From: Vitrella brassicaformis CCMP3155
Taxonomy: Eukaryota; Protista; Chromerida
Assembly (NCBI GenBank): GCA_001179505.1
Contig: CDMY01000510.1
Span: 248,001-312,000, forward strand
Reading direction: 5' to 3'
DNA length: 64,000 nucleotides
The notes under the pieces are model-generated. The model saw only the letters and a list, made by a program, of their open reading frames with translations, had not been told where the DNA came from and searched no databases. This document shows positions 25,498-36,133 of the stretch, one piece after another; position 1 is the stretch's first letter; every line of letters starts with the position of its first letter. Position numbers and translations under genes: made by a program.

Positions 25498-25699
25498 GGG
25501 GGCGCAGCCCCCATGTGTCCCAGGAGTCTGTCCTTGCCGTTCTTGGCGTCCTTGGCGGACTGACGCGCATTGCTGAGGCTCTGCTGCGGTCTGGACGTCT
25601 TGCAGGGGGCTGGAATGAAAGGCCGGCAATCCCCGCCCGAAGCTGCCACTGATATTCTCTGCACCAAATACACGCGATGAGCAAATTAAAGCCAGCGAG

Positions 25700-26300
25700 C
25701 CAGCTAGCCAGCCAGCGTGTGGGTCCACACTGAATGAATGACATATCCGCCATCGTATCCGGTGAGAGGCTCGAAGCTGACACGCAAACACATGTTGTGT
25801 GCTCGCGTGTGTGTGTGTACCGAGTTGCTGTGCTGACCGATAGCTTGTGGAGGTGAACCGAGTCTACAATGGTGCCGGTGAAATCGACAACGACCATTTC
25901 CACCTGATGGACACGATGGATGACACACACACACATACACACAGACGCAAACAAACCCCCCAGTTGCACCCATTCACGCTATATTTGATGTGCGTGCGTA
26001 TGTGTCGTATCGTGCTCACAAGGCAGCGAGGGACCACCTCCTGGATAGCGCCATAATCCCGACTCACCGCCGCCGAAACGCTTCTCGCGGCGTCGACGCT
26101 CACCTCCTGCACACACCAAGTCCGAACCAACGAGAGCAGTAACACACATGTGTGCGAAGATACTAATGTATTGTCCACCTCCCTTCTGCCCACACGAAAG
26201 CAGTGCCGCACGCACCTGGTCTCTCACGACCCGCTGGCCTGTCGACAAAGGCGGCAAGCGCAGTCTGTGCATCGTCCAGTCTGTGCAGACGATGCACAGA
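25700..26300 (-). other. Uncharacterised exonic remnant paralogous to 21000-21700
   Basis: Exon-like segments EVSVDAARSVSAAVSRDYGAIQEVV and RVHQVEMVVVDFTGTIVDSVHLHKL are separated by microsatellite-rich introns. Confidence 0.35.
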
Positions 26301-26509
26301 CCTGCCTGTGATTGATCAGCCCCTGACGTCTAAGTTGGAGCGATCCTATTTGTCTGCATGCACACACAGCAACACACGCTTGTCTCTGCCTCTCTGTGTG
26401 TCTTTCTTCTGCTCGACATTGCTCACTTGGTGGGCGTGATGGTGCCGCTCGTCACCTGCTGATGGCATTGACCACACCTGACAAACACACCCACCCAGAC
26501 ACACAGACA

Positions 26510-26840
26510 GGCAACACTCAGGCCGACATCACGCAGACCGCAGGCTGTCTAGGGCAAGACTTACACACAGGCATGTCAAAGGCAAGATGGGAGACAGTTT
26601 CAGACCCCACCCTCCATGGCGGCCTCAAAGACCACTCGTTGCCACTCCTCCCGTCTCTGCCTCTCCTACTCGACCCATCCATCTGCCTCACCCGTTTCCA
26701 CCAGCGACCATTTCTCGTGTTCCACCTTGCTGGCCGTGGAATCCTGTTCAGCCCGAAGCGGCTGGCGCCTCCACCACAATCCCTTTAGGAAAGATTCCAT
26801 CTGGCCCTGGTGTTATTGGCGGCTGCTGTTGCTGCTGATG
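26510..26840 (-). pseudogene. Remnant of the pseudokinase C-terminus and 3' flank
   Basis: It translates as AAANNTRARW / FLKGLWWRR..EKWSLVETGEADGWVE*ERQRREEWQRVVFEAAMEGGV*, matching the intact tail ..ENWSLVETQEAEGWVEDE..EQWQWVVFEAAMEGGV*. The downstream run aggcaacactcaggccgacatcacgca is shared with ~36067-36093. Confidence 0.8.
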
Positions 26841-29271
26841 AGTCTCTTGTGTGAATCCATTCCGTATGTGGTAACCTTGGGCGAGAGTCCAGAAGCCCTA
26901 GAACAGAAAACACAGAGGAGACATGTGCATTGGCCTTTTTGTTCTACTTCACTTACGTGCCTGCGCGGCCACCGGGAACGAAAGGCTGACATCGCTGCCG
27001 TCGCCTCTCACTCAGCTGAGAATCAAGACAAAAAAAAGAAGAAAAAGAGAAAGAGAGTTCGAGTCTTCGTCACGACGTGAAGAGCCTTTACCAGCGGCGG
27101 CGCGAGGGAAGCAAACGGGAAAAATGCGTATTGTGAATCTTTCACACGGTGCACATTAGTACCGTCTACCTTCCTGTCGTCCATTTGCGTGTCTGCTCCT
27201 TGATCAGCTGCAAGACACAACAATGACACAACAATCAATCCATTAAATCAATCTTTTCTCCCTTTTTCTCGTCGGACCAGGGGATTGCGCGTCTGAGTAG
27301 CAGCGAGCGAAGGCAGTGATGTGCACTGAAGACCAGACTCCGTGAAGCACTTACCAACCTTCTGAGAAATGTGTCGAGAAAAGGAGACGGATACGGCAAA
27401 AAAAAAAAGTGGACTCGTGTGTGCAGACACATGAGCATATGAGCACACACACGGCATGGACATACACCATCCATAACACCACACCATCACCACAGCCAAG
27501 GGACATGACGCAGGAGGGAATACCTTTATGTACTCACCCGGTGGAGGTGGTTTGAGGTAGAAGGAAGGCGCGCACTTCGCTGACGCCAGGAACTTACCAG
27601 CCAGCCGCCAGCCAGTCCACAGAAGGCGGGGCACTATAGAGCGAGGCCTCGCCAGGGCCACGGCGGTTGAGGAAGGGAGTGGCGAATATCAATCGGACAA
27701 GTTGGGAGGGGCGGGAGGGGGTGAGGCGGACCACACAAGCCAGAAACCAGCTGACAGGAAGAAAAAGTGAAGGATCTGTGGCTGAAACAGGGCTGGAAAG
27801 CCGAATGCGGACGGAAATGGTGAAAACTGGATTTCAAAAATCATAAATCAGGGTTTGCGGGGTTTTGTCGTCTTGTCGCGAGAACCTCTTCGCGCGTTTC
27901 ACTTTCTGTGGACAGGAGACCATAGAAGGCAAACCGAGGCCAAAAGATTATCTCAATGGGATTATCTAGTGCTGCAGACGAAGTCAGATCGCATGAGATC
28001 CGCTCACTTGGGTGAAATCTTTTCACTTTTCGCGTTTTGTGGAGCTCTGATGCTATCAGCTGCGCTTGTTTGGGTGCGCGGGGCCTTCATATCACCACCG
28101 ATGGCTGTTGAGGTCCAAACTAGTTGACCAGCCGGGTTTGTGGACGGAAACGTTTTCTTGGTGACCTTTGCAATGGATGATTGCGTGTGTCTATGGTGAT
28201 GGTTTCACCTTCGGTGGCATTGAGTGGAGCTCTTCATGAGCTGCATCGCCTCGAAAAAGGCACCGGCTCACTCAAACTGACATCAACAGGCCAGACACTC
28301 ATGCATGATGGCATCGATCCTGTGTACTAGTAATCAACACCTGGCACACACGATGGCATGGCCGGGCACCAGATGGATCAGCCACCAAGCGGCATCAGTC
28401 GGTCGCCATGAACATGCCGTACTGTACACCCATTTGCCCTGCGGACAAGAGAGATGAAACTGAAGCCAGCTGTTTGTCCTGATTTCTGTGTGTACCCTTA
28501 AAAAAGAGAGAGTGTGTACTCATTGTATGCGGTGACCCAACCTGGCTCAATCGAAAGGGTCAGATCGATCAAAAGCCACCAGGAAGAAAGCCACGTGCAT
28601 CCACAGGTCTTCTCTCCTCTCCTCTCGTCCATAGCCCGCCACTATGAGTCACAACAGCTTATCACATCCGGGGGATGATGACACTCTCGTGAGTGAGCAA
28701 CGCTCGCACAGGCCGCACGCCACCCTGAAAGAGGTAAAGAGGGATGGGTATGTGTATGCGTGGTTTGGTACTGGATCATTCGTTCATTCTGCCTCGTGTT
28801 TGCTGATTGAATCATCAGCATGCCAAGCAGAATGGACGCACAAGCTCTCCAGGTGGAGACTGTCGTGTGCGTGCACGATTGTCCTGCCCGTTGTCCTATG
28901 CCCATACCCCGATGATAGGCGGGGGGTTGTGCACACGTACGTGTTGAGGCCATCCTCTTGGACCTGCGCAGATGACATTGATATGGAAGCTCCAGTGGCT
29001 GAGTGACCACCCCGCGTTCCAGACTGTTCGTTTGCTTTGCATCTCACCTGGTGGGATGACGCAATTGATGACGGGTCAGGTCCGATGGGGGCTCGAAAAG
29101 AATGACTTGAGGGAGGCGCCTCTGCGGCCCCTGAATCAAAGACATACATAACAAGGAATGCATGTGGCGGTGAATTCATTGTTGTCTGCCCCTCGCTGAG
29201 TGGTGATCGTTTTCGAGCTTGCCAATGAAGCTCGCAAAACTTGAGAGGCTGCAGTGGAGCGGCAGGAGCTG

Positions 29272-30921
29272 ATGGCGCGTCACAATAAGCGCTCCCAGAA
29301 GAAGAACGATGGCGGCGAGAAGGATGTGGATGAAACCAACCGGCTGATGGAGGAGAGGGTATTCCCATTGATGCTGGACCAGGAGAGGCTCAAGTGTAGA
29401 CAACAGCCATGCGGTGAGTGCACGAAAGCGAACAGGAAGGAAGATGCGAGTCGGGAACAGACTCATCCATCACGTGTGATTTGTTCTGTCAACTGATCGG
29501 GGTCGGTTAGGGGTGTGTTTGCTGGATTTCGAGGAGGGCGATGTCGTCCGCGGCAGCACCACATCGCGGCGAGACTTCCGTCTGGGCCTCATCGACACTT
29601 GCCCGCATGCCTTCCACTACAAGTGCATCGAGACCTGGGCCAGCCAGGAGAACAGCTGCCCTCAGTGCAAGAAGCGGTTCATCGCTATGGCCTGCTACAC
29701 CAACACCGGACGCCGACAGAGCTGGGTGAGGAGCTACGGGAGAGGCGACGCAACAACCACACATGCAATGCCACCAACCAACCTTGACAGAATGACTGTG
29801 CTCTTTTTAACGCAGCGTTTTGTGGATGAGGCTCACTTGGTGGACACCCTATCGGACTCTGACGACGAGTCCGATGCAGGCGATTCGGACTTCCTCGATT
29901 CAGAATCGGAACTGTTCCGCGAGCCGGGACATTCACCTTCTGACCTCTCCGAGGCACGCGACCAGGACGAGGCAGATGAGCCTCCACCGCTTCGACGAAA
30001 TCGACGCGCGAGGGCAGAGCCGTCGGCACCTGCTCCTGCTCCTGCTGCTGCTGCTGCGGCTGGGCCACCCGCGCAGCGCGGTCGGCCGGCTCGCAGAGGT
30101 CGAGGGCGGTCGGCCGATGGGCCGGGGAGGGGGCGTCGGAGGGCGAGGGAAGATAGCCATGAGGAGGGCCAGGGTGATGGTGAGGCTGCCGATAAGGAGA
30201 GGGAGGAGCGGCGCAAGAAGAGGAAGGCCGAGGAGGTCAAGAGGGAACCTGTGGATGAGAGGATGGCTGCGAAGGTGCGTAGCGAACAACCAATGAACAG
30301 ACGAAGCTTCCCTCTTCCCCTGGTCCCATTTCGCTCATTGTGTCCGTTCAGATTCGTGCTCGCATCGAGCGTCAGCTTGCCCGCATGCCCTTCTACAGCG
30401 TGTCCGGGCCGATGGTGTCACGCCCAGCTGCAGCAGCTGCATCTGGTGGTGGACAGGCAGCGGCAGCTGGTGCGTCTGCCGCCGCCGCCGCTGCTGGCGC
30501 ATCGGACACTGACCCCTCCCATCCCCAATACAAGATGGACATGGACGCCGACGACGACGAGACCGACGACAAGCCGGCCCGTCGGCCCCCAGCTGTATCG
30601 TCCAATCACGGGCCCCTGCCCTTCATGCAGACAGCCGAGGGAGCCGGCGATGCCCCTCGCCCCGCCCTTACTGCGGAAGGTGGCGACGAAAAGGCACCCA
30701 ATCGCGTGCTCAAGCTGGCTGTTGATGACGGCAAGGCGGCGACGGGGGGTCGAGGCGGCGGGGCGAGGCGAGGTGCGGTGAGGGTGCGTGTGGGGCAATT
30801 CGCAAGGGGCCGGGCGTTCGGGGGCTTTAGCGGTTTCGACCTTAAGCCGGACTACTCGAGCGACTTCCTGCTTGGGGGCAAGAAGGATCAAGATGAGAAA
30901 GGAGAAGAGGAGGAAGAGTGA
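29272..30921 (+). CDS. RING-finger protein with an N-terminal RING (PHRF1/SCAF11-like pattern) followed by acidic, Arg-rich low-complexity regions; multi-exon
   Basis: Spliced RING: QPC|GVCLLDF..LGLIDTCPHAFHYKCIETWASQENSCPQCKKRF. The rest is disordered. The stop codon is at 30919-30921. Confidence 0.75.
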
Positions 30922-31214
30922 TTAATGTGTCCCAGGACTGCGCCTTGCATAATGATGGTGCGTACGTGTCGATTGGATTGCGCTGTGTTGACTATGTGAC
31001 CTGCATGGTCCGCACATGGCTTTGACTGTACAGTCATGGATCGACAGAGGCCCATGCAATACATGTCGGCATGAGTCGACTCCGCGCACTCGCACTCATT
31101 CAAGAGCCCCCACTCACCCATCTATCTGACAAACCGAAGACGCATACGACTCGTCACGCTCCGCGGCATGCCTGTCTGTCTGTCTGTCTGTCACTCATCC
31201 GCTCTGCCCGTCAG

Positions 31215-31800
31215 AATGGTTTGGAGCAAAGGGTGCATTTGGGTGTCGGCTCTGGCGCGAACTCCTCATCGTCATCGGCATCGTCGGTGCCGCCCGCCAG
31301 GATCGCGCTCGTGGCACGACCCACAGTAGACCTTGCAACCTATTCACGAACAAACAGATGACCATTCTGTGCATCTGTGTGTGGTGTCCCTCCCTCCTTC
31401 TCTTCCCTCACTGACCGCACGGCAGCACCACTGCGCGTGTCTCCGACAGGCAGGCCATGCAGGCGCTCTCCCTCTCACGCTCAGCCACCTCTGTCTTGGC
31501 ACGCTGTTCCTCGGCCGCCCCCCGCAGCTGTGTCAGCCGGGTCACCTCTCTGTCGATATTGGTCATGAGGCAGCCCAGCTCCGCCGAGCTGATGTGATGC
31601 AGCCGGGCACCGCTGAGCCGATCACGCTCTGAGTGATGCATTCTGCTGGCTCAGTCGCGCGTTCTCGTCCTGGAGGGACTGTATCGCCGCATCGCGACGT
31701 CATCCAGACTTACGGATGGATAGTTGCCCTGGAATATGACGCGCAGCGCTTCAGCTGGAAAGCCCTCCTTGGCCTCATACTTACGCAGCACGTCCGCTAC
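31215..31800 (-). pseudogene. Degenerate ubiquitin-like, coiled-coil and C-terminal RING gene (copy 1)
   Basis: VADVLRKYEAKEGFPAEALRVIFQG has ubiquitin/SUMO-like spacing. AIQSLQDENARLSQQNASLR is coiled-coil-like. The RING reads CMACLSETRAVVLPC|GCKVYCGSCHER, then a +1 shift at ~31305 leads to ILAGG..PKCTLCSKPF*. Confidence 0.65.
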
Positions 31801-31968
31801 CTGCGAAAGGCAGACAGCACACACGAGAGATGATACCAGGGACCATGACGCATTGGTGCAATACATTCATCGGTTCTCACCAGATCTCTTCGCTGCACTT
31901 CCAGCACCACGCCGTGCGATGCCGCATTGCCAAAAAGAGAGATTAAAAAACATGCAAGCTCGCAGTGA

Positions 31969-31981
31969 AGCTAAGCTCGCA
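31969..31981 (-). promoter_or_regulatory. Candidate promoter motif TGCGAGCTTAGCT between the divergent Ubl-RING remnant and the 32129 gene
   Basis: The + strand reads agctaagctcgca. A half-site agctcgca is at 31957-31964. Confidence 0.55.
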
Positions 31982-32128
31982 GGGTCGCCAGCTGCCGCTC
32001 ATCATCCGCGGCTGCAGCTTCGTCCACGTGCTCCACGCCCCCTCTCGCCCCCTCTCCCCTTCTACGCTCTCAGATCTTCGCATCACTGCGTCGGTTGCAT
32101 CGACTCGACGGCCCTCACGTCCACGATG

Positions 32129-32971
32129 CTGAGGAACAGGCACACCACTTTCAAGATCATGAAGGCCTTCAACTCCACGCTCGCCGCCGTCACGCAGCAG
32201 ACCACCTTGGCCATCACGCGTGCTGCCAAGGGCCCACTGCCAGACTTGCAAGTGCCTGACGTGCACGTCAAGCCGATGAGTGGCACTGTGTCACTGCACA
32301 TTGGCAACGAGAAATGCGGCGAGACGAACCTCGGCGACGGAGACTTCGGCACGGCAGGTGACGGCATCGTCACCATCGGCCAGCAGGCCGTCAACAAGGT
32401 GGCGGCGGACAAGCTCGAGGTCGGCCAGAGCGGAGAGCTGCTGTGTCAGGCCAAGTTCAACGTCACAGACAGCAGCGGGTACGCAGGGGGAAGGGGAGCG
32501 ACACAGGCACAGGCACTGTGCTCGACGCATCATGCAATATGTGTGTGTGTGTGTGTTGTGCGTTGTCTGTGACGCCTCTGTCCGTTTAGTTTGGTCGTGG
32601 TTGGCGGCGATGGGTCGACCACTGTGCACGTGGCCAAGAACGGGGTGGTGTTCCCGCAGACCATGGGCCCCCCCACATACCCCACCACCATCACCGTGAC
32701 GGCCACCGGCTATGCGGCCATGGACGTGGGAGGCACCACCATCACACCCAAAGGCGGCGGCGTCCTCAGCTACACCGGCACCATCACCGGCGAGTGCGAC
32801 CTGACGGTGGTCCTCAAGACGCCCGCCATGGACCCGGTGCTGGCGAGCCTGGACCCGAGTGGGCCTGCTGCCAACGGCCACAACGATGCGAGTGGCGATG
32901 ATGATGATGACGACATGGATGTCGAGTGCGGCCGCGAAACAGCGGCCCAGCGCCAAATGGACGTCGAGTGA
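32129..32971 (+). CDS. Hypothetical two-exon protein; Gly/Thr/Val-rich (probably beta-rich) with an acidic tail
   Basis: Coding-like composition spans exon 1 (..KFNVTDSSG) and exon 2 (LVVVGGDGSTT..GDDDDDDMDVE*), joined by a GT-AG intron at ~32478-32589. I recognise no family. Confidence 0.55.
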
Positions 32972-33651
32972 GCCGGCAGACGGAGGCGTGAGAGAGCCGA
33001 GCGGGGGAAGGTGGTATGGTGTGTGGTGTGGTGTGATGTGGTGTAGTGAGGGGAGTGCTGTGTGGTATTGTGAGGTGCCCATTCGGCCATGAGCACATGT
33101 GTTTTTCGTTTTGCGTGAATGAGTTGGGGATCGATCAGTGGCGTCAGAGCAGAGAGGGGGACGGAGAAGCATGGTGTGTCGACATGTGCGTCAAAGTTAG
33201 TCCAGAGAGACGGCCAGAAAGGGTGCATGCCCTGGATGTGCGTTTAAGTCGTGTGTGCATTAGGATGGTCTTCCCTTTGTAAGCTATACGTGAACGGGGA
33301 CGTGTGCAAAGAGGGAGAGAGAGAGAGAGAGAGAGAGAGAATGGTTTCTGTGCGTGCAAGCTGCTGCAACCTATCCTTGATTGGAGTCTAGGTATTTATC
33401 CGCTTCCTCTTCTTTGTATTGTATATATTATGTGGCTCCGCTGCTTCCACACCCGGCCGTGTGTGCACTAGTGCTGCATGAGCTGAGGTGTTTTTGCCCA
33501 TCGTGGGCGGACAGGTGGGACGAGGGACATATGTCTGTCTGGCTCATGATGTATACATACAGTACCGATGAGACAGTATCATATTACATGCATCGCGTGA
33601 AGGAGGATCACGTGAGACCACAGACAAACACACAGAAAGACGCCTCACTAA

Positions 33652-35400
33652 TCACATACAAAGCGCATTACCGGCACCACCCGGCAATGCAAAGCATCCA
33701 AAAGACAGAACAGTTCGGACGTAGAGCCAAAGAGAGCACCATGGCGCCTTTGATGGTGAAAAGAAGGAGCGATCAGCAAAGAAGGTAGCAAAGGAAGGCG
33801 TATTGTAACCCAACGAGGACAGGAAGCGAGCAACGCACCATCTATCACGCATACCAAGGGCTTTATCACCCGAGACACTGAGCAATGCAACGGCCAGGAT
33901 GCGCTCGTTGCACGACCCACAGTAGACCTTGCAACCTACACAGGCACACATGACATGCGCACCGACTGATGAGTGTGTATGGTGTCCCTCCCTCCTTCTC
34001 TTCCCTCACTGACCGCACGGCAGCACCACTGCGCGTGTCTCCGACAGGCAGGCCATGCAGGCGCTCTCCCTCTCACGCTCAGCCACCTCTGTCTTGGCAC
34101 GCCGTTCCTCGGCCGCCCCCCGCAGCTGTGTCAGCCGGGTCACCTCCGAGTCGATATTGGTTATGAGGCAGCCCAGCTCCGCCGAGCTGATGTGATGCAG
34201 CCGGGTACCGCTGAGCCGATCACGCTCTGAGTGATGCATTCTGCTGGCCGAGTCGCGCGTTCTCATCCTAAGGGGACTGCATCGCGCTCTTCGATAATGG
34301 AGTTTTTCTTGTCGATCGTGTTGGTCAGGGTCCTGGTGCTCTTCTGCTGCTCGGCGATGGTGCGGTCCTTCTCCAAGATAGTGTTGACCCTCACGAAGAT
34401 GGTACGATCTCTCTTCCCGAGGGTCACCGTCACCTGACAAGAATATGACACCGGAGGAATGGCCATCGGCTGAGTGAGTGCAGCGGCCCCCTAGCAACTT
34501 ACGTCGTGCAGTTCTGTGAGCGCCTTGAGGTACTTGGTCTCCCATGGACTGAGCGACACGATGAGGGCCATCTGGGCATCCCGCACCGAGGCAGCACTGC
34601 CCACTTCCACCTTGGACAGGATCGACACCACCGTGCGGGCCGCCCAACTTCAGCTCGAGATCGCCAAACGAAAGCTGCGCCACTGATCAGAAGAGAACAG
34701 ACAAATAAGAACAAGCACGGGATTGCGACTCGGGCCGGATGCGGCGAGCACTTCGTGCGATCCGTACCCTGGCACACTGTGGTCTGCGAGTTGACTTCGA
34801 ACACGCCAATCCGCGGCCTTCCGTGGGCGTCGCCCACGATCTGAACATTCTGCGGGACGCAAGACAGACCCCATCCGACATTCATTCCTTTCGCCAGCCC
34901 GGCCCTTCCTGTTTTCTGCCAATCTCACCGTCTTGTGTCCTGAATTGTAGGCCTCCAACAGTCGGGCGCGGTTCTCCACACTGCTCTCAGGAACGGTATG
35001 ATCGACTCCCTGAGCGGTCAACAAGACATACGTACATGGCCATGGAGGCTTCCCACTCAGCCTGCCTGCCTGCCTCGCACCTCTGTCGATAGAACTGACG
35101 ACTCGGCGCAAGTCGGGAAGAAGAGATCTGGATGGATTGATGGATGGTCAGGAAGGCGCATGTCTCCATCCTCAGATGTACTGGCGCCCAACGAGTTAAT
35201 GCAGGCGCAGTTGTGCCTGCAGGCAGGAGGATAGATGACTTGGTGTGTGTGAGTGTGTGTGTGTGTGTGTGTGAGTGTGGAATACCTGCCTTTGTTGGGG
35301 TCGTCCACATTGAGCCTGCAGACACACAGGAAGGCGCACACACAATCCACGCAGGTACATGATTTGCCTTCACTGCATGCTCACCATTAATTGAGAGGAA
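33652..35400 (-). pseudogene. Degenerate multi-exon gene ending in coiled-coil plus RING (copy 2; ~33910-34290 duplicates ~31325-31690)
   Basis: NTILEKDRTIAEQQKSTRTLTNTIDKKNSIIEERDA is followed by a frameshift and stop. CMACLSETRAVVLPC|GCKVYCGSCNERIL lacks the final CxxC. Upstream exon-like pieces are GVDHTVPESSVENRARLLEAYNSGHKT|NVQIVGDAHGRPRIGVFEV. Confidence 0.55.
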
Positions 35401-36133
35401 CCCATGAGAAAGGAGCCAAGAATGAAGCATTGTCTCCAGCAACTCACAAACGTGCTTGTCAGATGAAGAGAAAGAAACCAAGGTCTCCTAGCAAAGGAAA
35501 CATCAACGCAGGTGACAACTCTGCAAGGAGAAAGAGCTAGCGTGAGTGCCAGCAGCGAAAACAGCAGCGAAGCGAGAAGAAACATCTCCTGACCCACCGA
35601 CTCAGCAAGCGCATATATAACGTGTGTAAGCAATGAGGCTAGTGAACAAGGCCGATGCGGATGAGAAAAAAGGCCATGTCTCCAGCGACTCACAAGTGTG
35701 CGTATCAAATGTATTGCAGACATAGAGATGGGTGCATCATCAGTGCAGTATGCAGAGGCAGAGAGAGGAAATAACAACCCCACACGTACGCCCTCGAATG
35801 AGAGGAAAAAGGAGAGAGAAAAGGTACGTCAGCAAATGGGAGACACTATGCAGGCGAACAGCTAGGCGGCCAGACATGCAGACAAAGGCAAAGAGGTCCT
35901 GGAGGACATCGATCGGCACGGTACGTAGTTACTCGTTTCGAGCGAAAAAGCGCCATGCACACGTAGGAATGAGAGGAAAGATACACGAACGTGTGTGGTA
36001 AGGCACGGTGCAGACAGGCATTTACCAGGCAGGCGAGACACCGTGCGTCATTTCTGACTTACACACAGGCAACACTCAGGCCGACATCACGCACGCAGAC
36101 CGCAGGCTGTCAAGAGCAAGATGAGAACCAACC

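Noticed and set aside
26950-29200. Short ORFs and possible exons in the 27-29 kb interval (for example MALARPRS.. with a GTG start, and the KKKKKRKR ORF)
   Set aside because: There is no ATG-initiated coherent model. The Lys run is the complement of an intronic polypyrimidine tract.
32590-32971. Nucleoplasmin-like domain suggested by GDGSTTVHV plus the acidic tail
   Set aside because: The similarity is a few residues only, and the other conserved strands are not evident.
34760-35010. SET- or WWE-like hints in LLEAYNSGHKT|NVQIVGDAHGRPRIGVF
   Set aside because: The matches are too short, and the defining motifs (SET NHSC and ELxxDY; WWE W-W-E) are absent.
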